Assembly (NCBI GenBank): GCA_963696395.1
Contig: CAVOJZ010000002.1
Location: 296,347-360,346, forward strand
Direction: 5' to 3'
Source: an uncultured bacterium
GTDB taxonomy: Bacteria; Patescibacteriota; Minisyncoccia; UBA6257; 2-01-FULL-56-20
Length of the DNA stretch: 64,000 bases
The translations under genes and the position numbers were made by a program. The notes below the pieces were generated by a model. The model was not told the origin of the DNA. It made no database searches and saw only the letters and a list, made by a program, of their open reading frames with translations. The stretch's first letter is position 1. Each line of letters opens with the position of its first letter. Of the stretch, positions 47,259 through 56,443 are shown one piece after another.

Positions 47259-48449
47259 ATGAAGGGTTCGACACAACGGGTCGCCTATTGCCCGGATTGC
47301 GGGCCGGCGACGGTCACTCACGCCATTGAACGCTGGAATGCCCGCGCCGATAGTTTTTTTGGTTTCGTGTTCCAACCTCTTGAAGCGACCTGGAACGTCG
47401 TGCGGCCTGCGGTTGCAGTCTTAAAAGCCGGACGTATGGCACCGGCGATTTTTGGGCTCATCGCGGCATTAGGGCTCGGCAAGATCGTAGAAAAACCGGA
47501 CGCAAAGACCACAGATCGGACACGTGTGCTCTGGGAAGAAGCGGAGCGACGCGGGATCTCCATGCGTGAATTCAGGCCGTTCGGTTTGGCCCGTAACATC
47601 TACTATGCAAGTTACCACGGCGATACGCGCGTGTTTGACGGCCTTCCCCGTCCGCGTCTCGCGAGTGAAGCAGCGCAGGACTGGATGGACGACAAGGGTA
47701 TTATTTTAGAAAAATTCTCCGATGCCGGCATCCCGGTTCCCCGCGGAAAAGCGGTAAAAACCGAAAAGCAAGCGGAAGAGATTTTTGCCGCGATTAATGG
47801 CGCCGTGATCGTAAAACCCGCTCTTGGTTCGCGAAGCAGGCATACCTACATGCACCTTACCGACCTCGAGAGCTTGAAGGCGGCCTTTGCGAAGGCAAAA
47901 GAGATTTCGCCGCGCGTGGTCGTCGAAGAGGAACTTCCGGGCTTCGTATTCCGCATAACCCTCATCGGCGGGAAAATTGCCGGCGTGATGCGGCGTGAAC
48001 CGCCAAATGTTATCGGCGACGGCAAACACACCATTGGGGAACTCGTCGCGGAGGAAAATAAAAATCCGGCGCGCAAGGGACCTGTTTTCCACGAACTAGC
48101 CATTGACCCCGCCATGCTCACCCAACAAGACCTGTCGCTCACCTCGATCCCCGCTAAAGATAAAATGATTTTTCTTCATCCGAAAGTCAGCAGATCATTT
48201 GGCGCATCAACGACGGAAATCGAAAATATCCATCCGGATAACCGGGCATTATTTTTAAAAATCGCGGCGGTGCTCGATGACCCTTTGGTCGGCGTGGATT
48301 TTATGATTCCCGACATGGCACGCTCGTGGCAGGAACAAAAATGCGGAGCCATCGAATGCAACAGCCTGCCGTTTATCGACATCCACCACTTTCCATTAAA
48401 AGGCCCGGCTCGCAATGTTGCCGGGTTGGTATGGGATCTTATTTTTTAA
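47259..48449 (+). CDS. Stand-alone ATP-grasp ligase (CphA/GshF ATP-grasp-like)
   Basis: DKG......AGIPVPRG, IVKP..GS, RREPP.V.GDG..TI.ELV..EN, GVDF, IECNS.P. Confidence 0.75.
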   Translation: MKGSTQRVAYCPDCGPATVTHAIERWNARADSFFGFVFQPLEATWNVVRPAVAVLKAGRMAPAIFGLIAALGLGKIVEKPDAKTTDRTRVLWEEAERRGISMREFRPFGLARNIYYASYHGDTRVFDGLPRPRLASEAAQDWMDDKGIILEKFSDAGIPVPRGKAVKTEKQAEEIFAAINGAVIVKPALGSRSRHTYMHLTDLESLKAAFAKAKEISPRVVVEEELPGFVFRITLIGGKIAGVMRREPPNVIGDGKHTIGELVAEENKNPARKGPVFHELAIDPAMLTQQDLSLTSIPAKDKMIFLHPKVSRSFGASTTEIENIHPDNRALFLKIAAVLDDPLVGVDFMIPDMARSWQEQKCGAIECNSLPFIDIHHFPLKGPARNVAGLVWDLIF

Positions 48450-48913
48450 TCGGCGACTATCCAATCGCCAAGATGATTCAGAAAAACTTCACGTCGCTCC
48501 TCAAATCCAATTTCCTTGAGGTGAAGCCGCGGATGCGCTTCGGGGGTGTATTCGTAATGCCCGCGCACTTCGCCGTCTTTAAAAACCCGGATATGATACT
48601 GCCACTCAAAATTTTCCAACTTTCTTAAACTGATAAGCTGGTCGGGATCCTCCCATGCAATAAAATGATTGAAGTATCCCTTGCCGTGGAGATATTGGAT
48701 GAATGCATCCATTGATTTGCCCGGCGCAAGTTTGCCGATCACGAAATTCTGCCGGAAATCGTGGTGGAGGATGCGAAGTTTGATGAGGAGGTTGAGTCCC
48801 CAAAGATAACCCGGCGTTATCGCCTTCCAAAAGATATATTTAACTTGGTTCCACAGGCCGTCCGGAAAAGGTATCACGGAGTCCGGAATACGACCCTTAA
48901 AGGCTACGTCCAT
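48446..48913 (-). CDS. Hypothetical protein
   Basis: 155 aa with a QYHIR.F......GHYE..PE.HP..H motif; TATAAT upstream. Confidence 0.65.
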   Translation of the reverse strand: MDVAFKGRIPDSVIPFPDGLWNQVKYIFWKAITPGYLWGLNLLIKLRILHHDFRQNFVIGKLAPGKSMDAFIQYLHGKGYFNHFIAWEDPDQLISLRKLENFEWQYHIRVFKDGEVRGHYEYTPEAHPRLHLKEIGFEERREVFLNHLGDWIVAD

Positions 48914-48958
48914 ACGATAAATCCATTATAACATAGGGGGTTCAGCCTTTTCAATCGC

Positions 48959-50113
48959 CTACTGATATTGGATGTAGCTGGGCTGGGGGCTCAGTTTAAG
49001 GAGCTCCGGAGGCGTCAACATATGGCTTCCTGGCACACGTATGTCGTTTTGAAAAAATAATTTAAATCCGGTGAATTGCACGGGTTCGCTTGCAATAAAA
49101 TCCTGGTATGTTGTCAACTTTTGAGCCGGCGGACCAAATCCATCCATATCCATCACAATCTGAACTTCGGGCAGGGGCGTGATATTTTGATAATTCGTGA
49201 CCATCGCTTCCGTAAAACGGTGAACCACCAATATTTTCGGCGGTAAATTATTTTGTCGGACAATCGTCGCAAGCAGCTGCGCCGCGAAATTGATATCTGT
49301 TGCATCGAGCGTTCCGATGACGGTCCCGGGGCGCTTGCCGTTATGCATCGCAAACTCCGGATCGATCGAAAGCTCCACATTCGGCAGCTTGAGATATTGG
49401 GCGAGGAGCGGCACCTCCGTTTGCACGTTGCTATCGCCAACCTGCACATCAAGAAATACGACACCGTTAATCTGGTTCGCCATGCTGATCGCTTTTTGAA
49501 TCTGGCTGGGGGGCATACGGAGGCGATACATGCCATCGGCTCCGGGACTCCCCTGCGCGGTCACGGCAATATAGTCGAGCGCAGGAATCACCGGCGTCGA
49601 AGGATCCGCAGCCGCCCAAATCGCAGAGGTCGAGGCGAGCATCGCGAGCACCTGGTCGGGTGGATATTCGCCGAGAATACCCATCTGCGTTGAATAAAAA
49701 TTTCCGTAGTAAGCAACAATCCGGTTTGCCGGAAGCAATGCGCCTGCCAACGGATAGACCGCTTTCACGGGCCATGGGCTCGGAACTTTTTGATAAATAT
49801 AGGTTGACGTTGCGGTTTTCGTCGAAGAAGCGGTTGTCGATCCGACGACAGGAACCTTAACGCGGCGCACCGGCACATTCGCAATTGCCTGCATTTTCGC
49901 GTCATATACGGCGGTGTCGAGCACCGAGGTTGTCGCCGCGGCATTCGCCGGAGGTAATCCGATCGCGCTCGTCGTTGCCGTGCTTGTGGCGGAATCTTTT
50001 ACGCTATTCGCAACCGTTACCGTGCGCGAATAATGGGCAAATGCATAGGTGCCGCAGGAAATAAAAACAACGACCGCACCAATCACGATCCATTTTTTTA
50101 CACTAATCCCCAT
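48959..50113 (-). CDS. Exported hypothetical protein (TIM-barrel/glycoside-hydrolase-like)
   Basis: N-terminal TM, Thr-rich linker, RIVAYYG, LDVQ.G, IDPEF, MDGFG, GFKLF. Confidence 0.65.
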   Translation of the reverse strand: MGISVKKWIVIGAVVVFISCGTYAFAHYSRTVTVANSVKDSATSTATTSAIGLPPANAAATTSVLDTAVYDAKMQAIANVPVRRVKVPVVGSTTASSTKTATSTYIYQKVPSPWPVKAVYPLAGALLPANRIVAYYGNFYSTQMGILGEYPPDQVLAMLASTSAIWAAADPSTPVIPALDYIAVTAQGSPGADGMYRLRMPPSQIQKAISMANQINGVVFLDVQVGDSNVQTEVPLLAQYLKLPNVELSIDPEFAMHNGKRPGTVIGTLDATDINFAAQLLATIVRQNNLPPKILVVHRFTEAMVTNYQNITPLPEVQIVMDMDGFGPPAQKLTTYQDFIASEPVQFTGFKLFFQNDIRVPGSHMLTPPELLKLSPQPSYIQYQ

Positions 50114-50154
50114 CCCCCTATAGTATGCGAAAGGCGGCGGAATGAATAGAGCTC

Positions 50155-51777
50155 CTACTTGCCGGCGTTGAGAGCCGCCCTCGTGCCGGGTCCGACATAT
50201 CCTTTTGCGTCAAGACCATTTGCGGTTTGATACTTCATGACGGCAGCTTGCGTGAGCGATCCGTAGTAGCCGGTGGCGGAACCCGATAGGAATCCGTCGG
50301 CAATAAGCCTTTCCTGCAAAGCAGTCACCTGCGCGTCCTGCGATCCGACAGCGAGAAATTCGGTGAAATTGTACGAGGCATTTGTTGTGCCGCCTCCCGT
50401 CACGCTGCCGGCAGCCTTCGATTGCAGGGCCACAAGCTGGCTCTCAAGGGATTGAATTTCGTTCGCAAAATCGCTATTTGAAGCGGTCGCCGACGAAGTT
50501 GTCCCCGATGTAATCGTGAACGGCGAGACAACCAATTGATTGCTCGCGTTGCCCGCGACGTCAGTGACGATGATCGTGCAGTTGCTGTGTGTTCCAACTC
50601 CAAGCGTGTTAAAGGTGACCGTGTTCAATCCTGCAACCGCCGAAGTTGTCGGGCTCGAACAGTCACCCGCATAGCGGATAGTCCCCGCTTCCGTTGAGAA
50701 GAATCCATAACTCGGCGTGGAATTCGTGGATGGCGATGTGATTGCCGCCGATTGATAGATCGTTATCGGTCCGGTTACGGCCGAAGCCGTAATGGTTTTT
50801 TGCACATCGGAACCCGAGAAGGGACCGACCGTGTTGCCGTACTGATCCACAAGCGACACGCCGCTGATTTGGAGCGGATAGGTTGTATTGCTTTGGCCGG
50901 CCGCGACCGTATACGTTGCAGTGTACGTTGCGCCGTTATTCGTTGTGTACCATGAAAGCGGCACACCGTTATATGATCCCGACACCGACCGCACATTCGG
51001 CTCGGCAGTTGAAGGCGTGAGCGTGAACGTTATTGAGTTGCCTGAATATAATATTCCCGGGCTGTTGGCATTCGATGTGATATAGCCGGCGGTGCTCCCG
51101 TTGGTTCCGGCACCATTGCTTAGGATATTCACCGTCGCGCTTCCGGAATTGCCATTCGTATCGGTGAATAAAATGGTTGCGTTGATGGTCCCCTGCGCAT
51201 CGCCGCTTGCCACAGTGTAGTTCACCGTGTACGGACCGGAACCGGTACCCGTTACGCCGATGGTATGTCCGAGAATTGTCACCGTGGGATTCACAACGGA
51301 TTCATTCGTGCTGAATGTTAATGTAATCTCGCTTCCGCTCGCTGAGAACGTGCTGCCGACGTTTGCAACGTTAACCGAAACAGAGGCGAGGATTGGCGCC
51401 TGCGCGCTTGTTACGTTGTATGAACCGCCCGGGAATGCGGTGGCGGTACTCACGCTCACCACTCCGCTTCCAATCGTAATATAACCACTTGATCCATTCG
51501 TGATCGCCGGATCGCCACTCAAGGTTAGCGTTATGACGCTACTCCCCGAACCGCTGATGGAAGTGACACCAACGCCATTCAGATTTCCCGTGAAATTCGT
51601 ATAGTCCCAGCTATTCGTTGTAACGGGCTCGGAATAAATGACAGTGATAATATTTGGCCCCGTTAATTTAACGCTCACGACCGACGGCGTCGCCGCATAG
51701 GCGCTCGAGGCGACGGCAAAAAAGGCGACGACTGCAACGAGAACACCACCAACCATAGGAAAAAGTTTTTTGTTCAT
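50155..51777 (-). CDS. Ser/Thr-rich surface protein with Ig-like repeats and a C-terminal peptidoglycan-binding domain
   Basis: Signal peptide; L..GS....V..LQ..L...G......TGYYG.LT..AV..YQ...G....G.VGP.TR..LN. Confidence 0.8.
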   Translation of the reverse strand: MNKKLFPMVGGVLVAVVAFFAVASSAYAATPSVVSVKLTGPNIITVIYSEPVTTNSWDYTNFTGNLNGVGVTSISGSGSSVITLTLSGDPAITNGSSGYITIGSGVVSVSTATAFPGGSYNVTSAQAPILASVSVNVANVGSTFSASGSEITLTFSTNESVVNPTVTILGHTIGVTGTGSGPYTVNYTVASGDAQGTINATILFTDTNGNSGSATVNILSNGAGTNGSTAGYITSNANSPGILYSGNSITFTLTPSTAEPNVRSVSGSYNGVPLSWYTTNNGATYTATYTVAAGQSNTTYPLQISGVSLVDQYGNTVGPFSGSDVQKTITASAVTGPITIYQSAAITSPSTNSTPSYGFFSTEAGTIRYAGDCSSPTTSAVAGLNTVTFNTLGVGTHSNCTIIVTDVAGNASNQLVVSPFTITSGTTSSATASNSDFANEIQSLESQLVALQSKAAGSVTGGGTTNASYNFTEFLAVGSQDAQVTALQERLIADGFLSGSATGYYGSLTQAAVMKYQTANGLDAKGYVGPGTRAALNAGK

Positions 51778-51864
51778 CTTATCTATAATTATACTCCTTT
51801 AGAAGATAAAAAAGGTGCAAATGCGGTTAAAAAATCCAAGGAATAAGGCACATCTCCGGAACTT

Positions 51865-52230
51865 CTATTGCGCAGGAGGAATGGGGGCAATTTTTGTTTT
51901 ATCTGTAAGCGCTAACCCGGCGGTCGCATAAAGAACCACGAGAATTATTCCGATCAATATCAATTTGATGGTGTCCGCCCACTGCCCATAATATTGGAAG
52001 AGCAAATGAAGGATGACGATGTCTGCCGCAAAGAGAAATCCGAGGCTCACAGAAAATATCATCGAAACGGCGATGCCGATTAAGACGTACGCGCCGCCGA
52101 AAATGGCAAGCGTACCCCAGTAATCGAAGAAGTTATTCGTCGATACATAATTAGCGGTGAAGTAAGCCAGAGCAACGCTAAAAAGGAAGATCATGAAACC
52201 AAAAAGCAATTTGAGGGACTGGTTCTTCAT
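51865..52230 (-). CDS. Membrane protein
   Basis: Four hydrophobic helices; ATG overlaps the upstream TGA stop. Confidence 0.7.
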   Translation of the reverse strand: MKNQSLKLLFGFMIFLFSVALAYFTANYVSTNNFFDYWGTLAIFGGAYVLIGIAVSMIFSVSLGFLFAADIVILHLLFQYYGQWADTIKLILIGIILVVLYATAGLALTDKTKIAPIPPAQ

Positions 52231-52748
52231 GTTAGTTTTTCGCGGAACTTGATGATCGAAACCGCAACAGCAACAACGAGGCCGAATGCGGTTGCAACAA
52301 CTTGTGCGAGTTGTCCCAGGCTCCATAGTTGGGAATAGAGATAGATGACCACGAATGCACCACCAACAATATTGGCATACATAAGGACTCCGTTATTTTT
52401 AATGAACATTCCCCAGATGAGAGTGCCGAAGCCGAAAATAAGGCCAAGGATCATCGCCGGAAGATCGCTACCGGAAACCGAAAGTAAATATTTAACAAAA
52501 ATGGGCAGAAAAAGCGCGATTGAAAAAGCAACGACGGCGCGGCGCGTTTGGTCGAGTTGTTCGTTCGGATCGGTAGACGCGCTATCCTCTGTCCCGAGCT
52601 TATCTTTCAAGCCGAAGGCAAAAATGAGGAACACTATGATCACCGGAACGGCAATGGCTCCGCCTGCGACACTCGAACTTGAAATGAGCACCAAGCCGAC
52701 GACCAGAATAAGGAGAGGCCAGATCAGAACAAGTCCCAAGAATTCCAT
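52227..52748 (-). CDS. Membrane protein
   Basis: Multiple TM helices, 173 aa. Confidence 0.7.
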   Translation of the reverse strand: MEFLGLVLIWPLLILVVGLVLISSSSVAGGAIAVPVIIVFLIFAFGLKDKLGTEDSASTDPNEQLDQTRRAVVAFSIALFLPIFVKYLLSVSGSDLPAMILGLIFGFGTLIWGMFIKNNGVLMYANIVGGAFVVIYLYSQLWSLGQLAQVVATAFGLVVAVAVSIIKFREKLT

Positions 52749-52806
52749 ATGATTATTCTATCATACTGCACGCTTAACTCAGCGCTCGTAATTCTTTCTT
52801 CGCCTG

Positions 52807-52980
52807 TTATTTTAACGTTTTTGCGTAGTACCAGCGGTGCACACACGCGGCGACATATCCAATCCAGATTCCACAGATAACCGAGACAATATCGTGGAAC
52901 GTGGCGGCGGAGGCAAGCAAGTAACCGATAATCAATATGCCAAGGGTTACAACAATAGTCCCAATATAATATTTTTTCAT
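52807..52980 (-). CDS. 57-aa two-TM small membrane protein
   Basis: Own translation MKKYYIGTIVVTLGILIIGYLLASAATFHDIVSVICGIWIGYVAACVHRWYYAKTLK; below the ORF-track cutoff. Confidence 0.55.
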   Translation of the reverse strand: MKKYYIGTIVVTLGILIIGYLLASAATFHDIVSVICGIWIGYVAACVHRWYYAKTLK

Positions 52981-53053
52981 TTTCGTAATCAGGTTTTTGC
53001 GGCCTTTAGAAATAGACCAAACGCAGTCATGAGACCCTTAATCATACTCCCAA

Positions 53054-53914
53054 CTAAGCATCTGCAAGTCCAATTATGGATTTTTGACTTAAAAATATGG
53101 GCAGGAGACATAAAGCTAAAAGAGGCGCCGTGTTTGGATCGGTTGCCACACCAAACGGGAACGAGAAAATGCCCCCGAAATTTTGCCCAAGCCACCAAAT
53201 GACAGCAAGGAAGCCAATCGTTATCCATGCAAATGTTTTACTGGGGTAATACATCAAGAATATGCCGCCCAGAAATAGCATAAGAAAAGCGACCCCGTTA
53301 CCGATAACACCCCAGGTGACGCTGAGCGACCCAAGCCAATTCGATGCTGCAGGAACCATCGCCAACATCGAAAGCATGGTTGGCTGCCAGAACATCGGGG
53401 CGATATTTAGCATGGCTGAACCGAAAACAATAGCACCGGCAGCTACGGGAAGATAATTAATGGCTGAAGAATTTTTCTCTGCACAGAGCAGAAAGACTGC
53501 GAGAATCAGGTAGAGTAGCGCCGCTCCGGGAGCACCGGTAAAGAATGTCGCTTGGCCGGTAAATATATTGCCAAATCCTTCACCAAAAATCCAAACAACA
53601 AGTGCCCATCCGATCGAGAGCCATAAACCGAAATTGAGAATGCTTTTTCGAAATGGAAAGATCAGGAGAATGCCAATAAGCAATTGCATGAGCGCTGCCG
53701 CAAGATTGGTCCAGAATATATTGACGCTGAAAACGCGGATGCCGAAAGCGACGATTGAGCTTATGATATGCGACTGATTTTGTAAGTTTGGAGTGAGAAC
53801 TCCACTCACAAAACCATTCGTAAACATTGCCGGCTGGAGCTGCAAAACGCCATCCAAAAACCAAATGCCGCCCAGAATGATGGTGATTGCTCGGATGGTT
53901 TTATGGTCGCTCAT
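53054..53914 (-). CDS. Polytopic membrane protein downstream of the Fur regulator
   Basis: LG.IW.LDG.LQLQP, W..GEG.G, W..GQ..GG...G.ATDPN internal pseudo-repeat. Confidence 0.7.
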   Translation of the reverse strand: MSDHKTIRAITIILGGIWFLDGVLQLQPAMFTNGFVSGVLTPNLQNQSHIISSIVAFGIRVFSVNIFWTNLAAALMQLLIGILLIFPFRKSILNFGLWLSIGWALVVWIFGEGFGNIFTGQATFFTGAPGAALLYLILAVFLLCAEKNSSAINYLPVAAGAIVFGSAMLNIAPMFWQPTMLSMLAMVPAASNWLGSLSVTWGVIGNGVAFLMLFLGGIFLMYYPSKTFAWITIGFLAVIWWLGQNFGGIFSFPFGVATDPNTAPLLALCLLPIFLSQKSIIGLADA

Positions 53915-53946
53915 TTTTTAAGTATACAGGTTTATCCCTATACCGC

Positions 53947-54363
53947 TCATCTGGCGCATGATTTGCAGATACCATAAAATTCCAACGCATGTTGCTTAAT
54001 TTCTGCAAAATGTTTTGCCGATTTGAGAACGGAATTCTGAATCGCATCTACGCCGCAGCGATGCACGTCTTCGATTCGCCCACAGTGAAGGCAAATCAAA
54101 TGATGGTGCTCTGCAAGATCGGCAAGTTCGTAGTGCGCATGATTGTGCCGCAAATCGATTTGCCTGATGATCCCCTTTCTCTTCAGTGAATTGATCGTAC
54201 GATACACCGTGGCCTGGTCGATATCCTTTGGAAGCGCATCAAGGAGCCCCTGAACGCTCATCGGTCGTTTTGAAAGTTTGAAGACCGTCAGAATCGAAAG
54301 CCTCGCCGGGGTTGCTTTGTAGCCGCTCCTCCGAAGCATCGTTTTAAATACATCATTTGCCAT
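53947..54363 (-). CDS. Fur-family metalloregulator
   Basis: T..R..IL, ATVYR, HHHLICLHCG, YGICKSC. Confidence 0.93.
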   Translation of the reverse strand: MANDVFKTMLRRSGYKATPARLSILTVFKLSKRPMSVQGLLDALPKDIDQATVYRTINSLKRKGIIRQIDLRHNHAHYELADLAEHHHLICLHCGRIEDVHRCGVDAIQNSVLKSAKHFAEIKQHALEFYGICKSCAR

Positions 54364-54383
54364 AACTTCAATCCTATTCTAAG

Positions 54384-54409
54384 TGCGAATTATTTGCAAA
54401 TAATTTGAC
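54384..54409. promoter_or_regulatory. Candidate Fur-family operator
   Basis: Perfect 18-bp palindrome AATTATTTGCAAATAATT (54388-54405) made of two overlapping 7-1-7 boxes next to the fur -10 element. Confidence 0.6.
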
Positions 54410-54467
54410 CTCTCTATTGCCTCCCCTATTGTGAGAGGCAGTCCTTTCCAAAGGAGGAAAGCAACCG

Positions 54468-55226
54468 ATGACAACCGCAGCTGTGAATTATCATTGCATC
54501 GATCCACGTACGAAGTGGATCGACCTTGCAAGCGCTAAAGCGGCGCTCAGTCTCCCCGACCCGTGGCCCCTACTCGAGTCACAAAACTTCCATCCGGATC
54601 TCGTGAACCGGGCTTATGCACATCTCGCCTATGCCCTTGAGCACGATTTCGAAAACAACGCACTCGCCGTACTCGTTGCATTGGGCGCGGGGTTCGCATC
54701 GCCCTTCGACCGTTCACGATTCAATCCGCGAGGCGGCGATCCGAACCGTGAACTCAAATCGAAAGCGCTTGACGCACTCGAAGAACTGGCTGAATTCTAT
54801 GGCAACCGCGTCTCGTCCGTCGTTTGGGAATCGCTTGCACATCTTGCGTGTCGAGAAAATCCCGAAGAGGAAAAATCCATCATCAAGGAACAATCTTCGG
54901 GCACTCTGCCGCATCACTACTTGCTCGTGGATTCCGCACTTCATGCGACAGGCTTGGTCTTCACGTTCCAGATCCACGTGAACGCCGTTATGTTCCGCCA
55001 CACCGGACGCATCCTCAACCACAACTGCGATTGCAGTTGTTCGCTCATTAACCTTGAGGCGATGGACGGCGTCATCAAATACGCGCCGGGAACCGAAAGG
55101 ATTCAGGCAATGACACAATCCGTCTTCACTCACCTCCTTGCGGAAACCGTGAAGCTCATGGAATGCTTTTTGCCATTCGCCTATTCCATCACCCCGGAAG
55201 CCCGGGAAATCAAAGCGCTCCTCTAA
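54468..55226 (+). CDS. Hypothetical protein
   Basis: AAGGAGG SD; 252 aa; contains HNCDCSC. Confidence 0.65.
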   Translation: MTTAAVNYHCIDPRTKWIDLASAKAALSLPDPWPLLESQNFHPDLVNRAYAHLAYALEHDFENNALAVLVALGAGFASPFDRSRFNPRGGDPNRELKSKALDALEELAEFYGNRVSSVVWESLAHLACRENPEEEKSIIKEQSSGTLPHHYLLVDSALHATGLVFTFQIHVNAVMFRHTGRILNHNCDCSCSLINLEAMDGVIKYAPGTERIQAMTQSVFTHLLAETVKLMECFLPFAYSITPEAREIKALL

Positions 55227-55263
55227 CCCTATCGGGCGGGAATCATTTCCCGCCCATCTTTTC

Positions 55264-55647
55264 ATGACCCTATTCGGACAATTCGTCACAACATATTTTA
55301 TATCGACCGCTGCGCTCGCCGGTTTCGCGGTAATTTGGCGCAATTGGCTGGAAGATCACCCGCGATGGAAAGCATGGCTGGGTAATCATTTGAAAGGCAT
55401 CTCCCATGCACTTACTTGCGGATCTTGTTTCACCTATTGGCTTTCACTTGCTTTTGTTTTAATTTTTAATCCGCTCTCGTTCTTCTTAGCGTGCCTGCCA
55501 CCGTTTGAACATCTTTTTCTGCCAACGTCTTACCTCCTCCAGTGGATGGCAATCGGATGGGGAGCTTCTTTCCTGCGATTTTCTTATGTTCTCATCCAGG
55601 AAAATGTGAGTAGTCTTGTCCATCGCCACCAGCCCCATCAACCTTGA
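55264..55647 (+). CDS. Membrane protein with CxxC (DUF1360-like)
   Basis: LTCGSCFTYW motif between TM helices. Confidence 0.55.
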   Translation: MTLFGQFVTTYFISTAALAGFAVIWRNWLEDHPRWKAWLGNHLKGISHALTCGSCFTYWLSLAFVLIFNPLSFFLACLPPFEHLFLPTSYLLQWMAIGWGASFLRFSYVLIQENVSSLVHRHQPHQP

Positions 55648-55663
55648 CGAAGGTGACGAGCCG

Positions 55664-56347
55664 CTACGATGATTTTGGTTCGAGAGGGTGCTGTCTGAGT
55701 AAGTGTGTGTAATATAAAAGATTGCGGGCAAGATTTTTTGCCATGTGCGGCGTCGCTTGATTCTTGAGACGTCGCTCACGGTCTGTGGCAGGCGGCTGCC
55801 CCACTTCTCCAACCCAATACGCGGCGCACTCGGGAGGAATCGTAAAACCCATCCAGGTGAGCACCATCATAATGGATCCCATGGTAGACAGGGCACCATC
55901 TTCACTCCCGGTAATCACAACTCCGGCGACTTTGTTATAAAAGGCACTTCTTCCTTCGGCTATATATTCTTCGTCGAATGCATCCAAGCGTTCAATGACG
56001 CGCTGCATCAAACTCGAGCGTCCACCCCACCAGATAGGCGTCGCAAAGATAACGATGTCAGCCTTGCGAAGTTTTTGGGCGATCTCCGGCCATTCATCTG
56101 TCACATTTTCTTTGAATTTTAATCCCACGGGAATATTTTTATCGGCCAGACGAATAATCTCGGCAGAAAGATTCGATCCTTCGATGCCCTTCATGTGATC
56201 GATCACGAGCTGAGCCACTTCCTCGGTATTGGAAATTTCCTCGTTTTTGTGTTTCAAAGAAGCGTTAAGAACCAGAACGTTTATCGCTCCGGATTCCGGT
56301 TTGCAATTCGGCATCTCACACCCTTGGGTTGGTTTGATTTTGTACAT
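55664..56347 (-). CDS. Flavodoxin-like NAD(P)H-dependent FMN reductase family protein
   Basis: LNASLK....SNT, ADIVIFATPIWWG..SS...RVIERLD, KVAG.VITG.EDG. Confidence 0.85.
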   Translation of the reverse strand: MYKIKPTQGCEMPNCKPESGAINVLVLNASLKHKNEEISNTEEVAQLVIDHMKGIEGSNLSAEIIRLADKNIPVGLKFKENVTDEWPEIAQKLRKADIVIFATPIWWGGRSSLMQRVIERLDAFDEEYIAEGRSAFYNKVAGVVITGSEDGALSTMGSIMMVLTWMGFTIPPECAAYWVGEVGQPPATDRERRLKNQATPHMAKNLARNLLYYTHLLRQHPLEPKSS

Positions 56348-56401
56348 GTTTATTCATTATACAAAACCCCTTTATTCCTCCAACCGGCTTGACGAGCCAT
56401 A

Positions 56402-56431
56402 CGCGGGGGCTCGTGGACAAGGTTCGAACCT
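56402..56431. repeat. att-like site related to the tRNA-Ser(GGA) 3' end and to R1-R3
   Basis: CGCGG-N8-GGA-CAAGG-TTCGAACC versus tRNA CGCGG-N8-GGA-TTCGAACC (60819-60842). Confidence 0.5.
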
Positions 56432-56443
56432 GCTCTAAATAAC

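Noticed and set aside
52230-52326. Cys-rich N-terminus (SCC...RCCCCG) of the 153-aa ORF
   Set aside because: An out-of-frame overlap with the upstream membrane gene; the real start is ATG 52230
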